From positions 1,550,001-1,614,000 of the forward strand of contig JADEYG010000009.1 of assembly GCA_016906335.1 (NCBI GenBank): a DNA stretch of 64,000 bases, read 5' to 3'. A program made the position numbers and the translations under genes. Under the pieces are notes generated by a model. It made no database searches. It had not been told where the DNA came from and saw only the letters and a list, made by a program, of their open reading frames with translations. Positions 58,538-64,000 of the stretch are shown here, in pieces. Position 1 is the stretch's first letter; each line of letters opens with the position of its first letter. The stretch is from Novakomyces olei (Eukaryota).

Positions 58538-60878
58538 CTATTGCCCACGTAATTGATCGCTTGTGCTTAGTCTCTTTTCCCGTCACCTTTGGGATTAAAC
58601 GTGTTTGGTTCCTTTGCGTTTACAGCTCTTTACGCGAGCAATTGGACGCGTATATATATTAATATCCCGCGCGCTAAACAAAGCGTTCCCGGCAGTCAGC
58701 TCCGTACACAATCCAGCCAATAGCCAACGTCGAAATATAAATGATCTAGACCCTTGGTACGGCATGCCACCGGCGAGCCTAATTGGGAAGGAGCGTCGAA
58801 CACTTTACCCCGCAGATAAATATATATGATCGGCACCTTGAACAAAATGCGCACCTCAATTTGTGTAATGTTCCTGTCAAACGAGTCCCTGAATGTGATT
58901 TTTGTTCAGTGCGTTGGCAAGTCTGCTGGCGGGATGGATGAAATTGCTAGGTTTTCCGGATTCCACTGTCCCACAATGATCGGGGCAAGACGATGCTTTT
59001 CTATAGTATTTCTTTACATACACGGCTAAATTATGGGTTTGCCAGTACATTTTTACAAGTATTTAGCCATTTACAATTGTGTCTGTTTTGCTAATACACT
59101 ATTTTTACACCTTTCTTTTCTGCACGGCTCCAACGTCCTATAATAATTAAGAATAAATAGAATTATGCCCCCTATATTATTCTATAGCATTCGATAAACC
59201 AATAATATTAATTTTCACGCATAGAAAATCGCTGTTGCATATCCACCAGACACGTGGCTGAATTACAAATATAAATTACTGTTGAGAATGTCGTCAAAAA
59301 TCTGCAATATGTACTATTGCTGCACATATTGCCGCAAGACTACCCTGATCGAGAGAAGTTATGATGACATTTTCAATCAATGTCTTGCTGATAAAATGCG
59401 CGGGAGGTACCCACCTTTTGGTAAAAGACTTGTTTTATTGAAAAATTTCGTATCTTGTTTGGGTCCTGCGTGGGACGCGATTTAATTGGGCATGAATTTG
59501 GTTGGGATAAACGTATCGAGCCGATGTCGCAGTAAGGAAAGGCCTGAGGTCCAAATTAGGATGGATTTACATATTGACATAGATTTGATTTATGAAGGAT
59601 CCTTGCAGCCAGGATTTTAATATTGTATGTGAACCAAATTGCATTTGAAGAATATTTTAATCTTGGAACCCGTGATGAAGTTCGTAGTCTGCATATCTGG
59701 TGGCTCATCCATTCACGTTGGTTTGCCTTCTCATATATAGTGCTCACTTAGAGCCTAGCCGAGTACATTTTATAATCTTATCAAGGGTTTAGTATATAAC
59801 GTGGTTTATCATATCGCAAATATAGTTTATCCGAGTTGATCATATCTTGAGTGGGATGTTCAGAGAATTGTGCGTTGTGCCTCAATTCCTGTGATTGCGG
59901 GGTGAATTTCGGATAACGCGGGTCTCGGAGGTGTTCGGGTATCAATTGAAATCAAACATTTTTATCTTTTTCAACACAGAACGGCCATTCATACAGAATG
60001 ATCGTTTACAATTTCAGCGGACTCTGAAGTGAGTTGTCTGGACAACCTGCTGAGGCCTGCAGACAAATCGTATTGGCTGTGCTAGCTTTTAGAATGGTTC
60101 TATAAAAGAAAACCTATTTGCAAAATGACCGCATTTAAAAGAACTGTTGACTTGCAAGATGCTGATAGCTATATACTTTAATGCACACTAATTTGTTTTG
60201 TTGGATTTATTTGTTCTGGTCTGCTGCTTATACGAATACTATAACTGACCATGAGAAGAATGTTTTATCAGCTATTTTCAATATCTATAATCATTGCTTA
60301 ATTCAATTTTTCTCACAAAAAAAAGGCTTCTTTTTTTTTTGTCTGACAAGCAAATTGAAATAGCTGCAAATGAACCTTTTTTTCAAATACTAATACTTAC
60401 TTCGGATCTGGCCGGAAAGTGGAAGAAGAATCAGTCGTACAAACAAAAATATCCATTATAGATACGCTCTAATCAAAAACTTTAAAGGCGATAATTTTTA
60501 TTACTGTCTAAAAGAATCGAACAAATGTTTTAAAAATAGTACCAATAAAGAGATCATTTATGCTTTTGAGTCATTAAAACCTGGTGTGTCGAATATGATG
60601 CTTGAATTGCCGTTAGAGGAAACATAAACTTCTTATGAACCGCATAATAAATTAAAGTTGAAGAATAGAAAAATGAAATGGTTGTTTAATCGAAACCACC
60701 TGGGATTAAACATTAAAAAAGATAAGGATACAGGAAAACAGGAAACTGAAAAGCGGATCTAAAAGAAAGAAAAAACAGGACGATAGATTTGTGAAGGACA
60801 ACCAAATGGCTAGAATAGGACAACTGTAAAGAACCAATGATATAAGATGAAATCAGACCATTATGTATATATATTTAA

Positions 60879-63762
60879 TCATTCTGTGCTGTGTTTGCTT
60901 TCCATGACTAGCTCCCCGTTATACTTTAAAGGCCGACCGCGGCCACGCTTGTCCGAAGCAGCAATTTCATCAGGCTGCTTTGCTTTTGGAGTTGCATTAT
61001 TATACGAAAATGTTGTCTGTAGCGGCAGAGCACTGTCAAACCTAGCTGGAATATCATTGCCATCAGAATTTTTGCTATAGGAAGAAGAACCTTCCGTTCG
61101 ATTTGCTAGACCCGGCTTTGAATCACCGCCCTTTGTCTGCCTTGAAATACTGTAACAAGTCGGATCAACCTTGTTCTGCTGAAATGGGCCTTTTGGTTTA
61201 AAGTATCGGAAAGTAAAAGCTTTTTGATCGGTTTTATTAGCTGATGAAGCCGAAAATGCAATTGACCGATTCTTCACGTTCTTTTTATTAGCAACTGACT
61301 GATTAGACGGAAGCATATTAGCATGATCCAGTGACAAGTCACTGCTGCTTAAATGCTCATTGGAGCCGTTTAACGGATTAGAATAATTAAGCGACGGTAA
61401 TTGACCTGGACTAGTCTTAGTTAATTCTCGGCCTAAATCATCGCTAAAATTATTGTTCACATCGGCCTTGCTCAAAGCAAAGGTAGAATGTTCAAGTTCT
61501 TTAGAGCGGCTTTCATTACTGAATTCAGTTCTCGATAAACTTTGTCTTTTATTAGACATAGAGCGTTTCGCCATTACGCCTTTAGTGCCCGGATCCTTTC
61601 GGTTTATATGTGGATCCAGATTCAATCCTGATAATTCATCAGCAGAGTTTGCAATACTCCGAGCCTGCAAATTGTAATCGAGTACATTTTGACGTGAACC
61701 CGTTGGCGAATGCTTTGAGTTTGATCGTCGTTTTGCGACTCGACCGGTTTTAGGTTGCGAGGCAAAATTGGATGATTTCTCTGCTCTTGCAGATATAGAA
61801 GAAGAAGAAGAAGAAGAACCAAGCTTTCGATCTTTTGATAGGTTAAGGGAGGACCGGTTCAAATGCTGCTTTTTCTTTTGCTTTGCTTTAGGTTTTTGGG
61901 AAACAGACTTGTCCTTAATACTTGATTTATTAGCACTTGCTTTTCCAGCAGACGATGCAGCGGAAGCAATGTCCGCTGCATCATCGTAATCTTGCGCAAA
62001 ATTGTCTGGCCTCTCGTGCTTCACATTAACGTCATTCGAGGAACCAATCCGATTGCAATCAGTGAAGTGTGAAAGGTTTATATCAAATAGCCTTTGCCCG
62101 CTGAAAGCTAAAGCAGCCAGTTCATTTGAGTTTAAATTAGAAGCATGAATGTCGTTCGCCAATCTCATATTGAAAAGACTGGCTAGAGCTCGATTTTCTA
62201 GTTCGGCCATCGATTTATCATTCTTCGAGTTGGTATTTGCTCCCAAAGACGATGCAACGGCATTCCGTGCAATCTGATCGTTTCCATGATCCAGAATCGA
62301 ACCTGCTACTTCGAGCAAGCCGGGATCAATCGCACTATGGCTAGGCCAAACAGCTTTTGAGTCTTGCTTTGTTTCCATATTGTTGGCCCGAGCAAAGGAG
62401 TTGTAATTGGTGTCGGGCAGCGCCACCCGTCCCTGTTCAGCCACAGTTTGGCGAATCAAGCCTAAATCTTGGTCTATTTCCCAATTGCTCAAGTGGAAAA
62501 TGTTGAGCGGCACGCAATATTTAGGGAATGGTGATTTCTCAGACAATTTTGGGTATATTTCACGTAATTTGACGTTACGGTATCTTTCAACAATTGCATA
62601 ACGTTTACGAGAATTGTCTCTCAAAAGCTTTCCAAAAAGTTGCTGCTTTTGCCACTAGAGATACTGATTAGCGACGCAATCCAATATAAAGTGGCATTAA
62701 AAGACAAGATCGATCTCGAGATACAAAACAAATAGCACGAGTCAACAGAGATATAAAAAAAAGAAATTCAAATAAAGAAAATTAACATTAAAGTACCAAA
62801 TATGTCTGTAGGCATTGCTGTGTCATTGAACGCTGAACTCTTCTCGACATTTTTTTCTTCATCGCCATTTCCGAATGCGCCCTTTGAATACGTCGGTCAC
62901 GAGCAGCCGCCAGCTGCTGGATATCATCTGCAAACATTGAGCTCTTTCCTAGTCGTACATTTGTCTCCTCCGCCCGCAAAGATGCTTCTTTAAGATTGCA
63001 CAACGTAGTAGCTATGGCCCTGTAAAAGTTTGCGAGTATATTTTGTAAGGAATCCTCATCGCGACTTTGACTATTCTCCGATACTTCTAGCATACTTGCA
63101 ACTTGAGACTGTTGCTCTTGTTTTAGCGGCACCGAATTGATCTCTGGGTTTGAATAAATATTAGGGTTTAATCATAAAATTTATAAATTGAATACCCTTT
63201 GAATGATATAGCTTTCGTCTCTTGACAGGCGTAAACGATTCCATCTCTACATTTTCTTGTGACGGTTGTAAGCTTTCATTTTCCTGAGAAAGTCTGTCCG
63301 CCTCTTCATCCGTTTGTGCCATACGATTCTCTCGTTTAATTATTTCCCCGTTTGAAGAATGATTGCCATTTCTGAATGATAACGGCGAGGAAGCGTTTTC
63401 AGATTGCTTTTCTCTTGCAACAGGCGTCTCTGAGGTATTTCTTGTTGCGCTCGGCTCACCGCTTGATGCATCGACTTGCTTTCCTGTATATTCTTTTGCA
63501 AATGCAGTTAGTATCCACTCTGTAATGATTGCGTATATCGAAGAATAGACTTTTAAAAGAGAAACGAGCAACGAGAACCAAGATTCTTTGTATTTAGTAT
63601 ACTTGAAAAGGGCGACCATATAAAGGCCGAAGATTCTTCCGTCGGAGCGGAATTAGACCCCGCCGGAATAGTTTCCGGCTGTGGATTTTTCTTGAAAAAG
63701 GCGCGCTTTATTGCATTAGATCGATTATTGCCTATCCCCTGGCTAAATAGCCCAAAGGGCAT
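60879..63762 (-). CDS. Sds3-like (Rpd3/Sin3 complex subunit family) protein with C-terminal AT-hook; exons 63762-63603, about 63492-63196, 63143-62797, 62654-60879
   Basis: Coiled-coil segment LKEASLRAEE..G...F..DIQQLAAARDRRIQRA resembles the Sds3-like pattern; KRGRGRP AT-hook; splice model keeps frame. Confidence 0.6.
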
Positions 63763-64000
63763 TTTTCATCCCCAAACTTAGACGCAGTGCAACGATAAAA
63801 ATAGGCGAACAAGGCAATCAAACCGAACAAAAAGTATCAACGGGGCTGCTAAACAAATCTGCAGCTTTTAGTTTAATCTTGGTCTAAAAAGTGACAAGGC
63901 CAAGACACAAAAGTGCGAGATTTAGTGGTGTATAATAATAATGTATGACTACTACATTGAGTTATAGCAATGTTTCTAATATAATAATTATGTAATTTGC

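Noticed and set aside
58540-60870. MAL cluster (maltase or activator) or a transposon remnant beside the permease
   Set aside because: No ORF, LTR or terminal repeat is recognisable in this interval.

Overview
Gene-dense, intron-containing ascomycete nuclear DNA. The mix of very short introns (38-47 nt), an ABCA transporter, ATL1, an RBM39-type splicing factor and a Tbf1/Homol-D ribosomal-protein promoter suggests an early-diverging budding yeast such as Lipomycetales (inference). About 22 protein genes can be modelled by hand, most with splice sites: ABCA (partial), PFS2, FYV7, a PPR protein, a YIP1-family protein, ATL1, an STL1-like transporter, a small hydrophilic protein, HFI1, RPS5, SCS7, RBM39, an orphan membrane protein, KSP1, KGD1, a DH-like protein, an HGSNAT-like acyltransferase, an auxin-efflux-carrier family protein, LSC1, UTR4, PBS2, a maltose permease and an Sds3-like protein. 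Many unrelated tandem repeats (units of 8-21 nt) sit in introns, promoters, 3' ends and coding sequence. The most interesting unexplained element is a GC-rich, heavily self-complementary non-coding island at about 52.9-53.5 kb between UTR4 and PBS2, a candidate structured ncRNA. Other leads are possible autoregulatory splicing or polyadenylation cassettes in PFS2 and RBM39, a minimum branch-point-to-AG spacing, an MCB/SCB cluster ahead of the DH-like gene, and the intronless HGSNAT-like gene. All calls come from reading the sequence; no searches were run.
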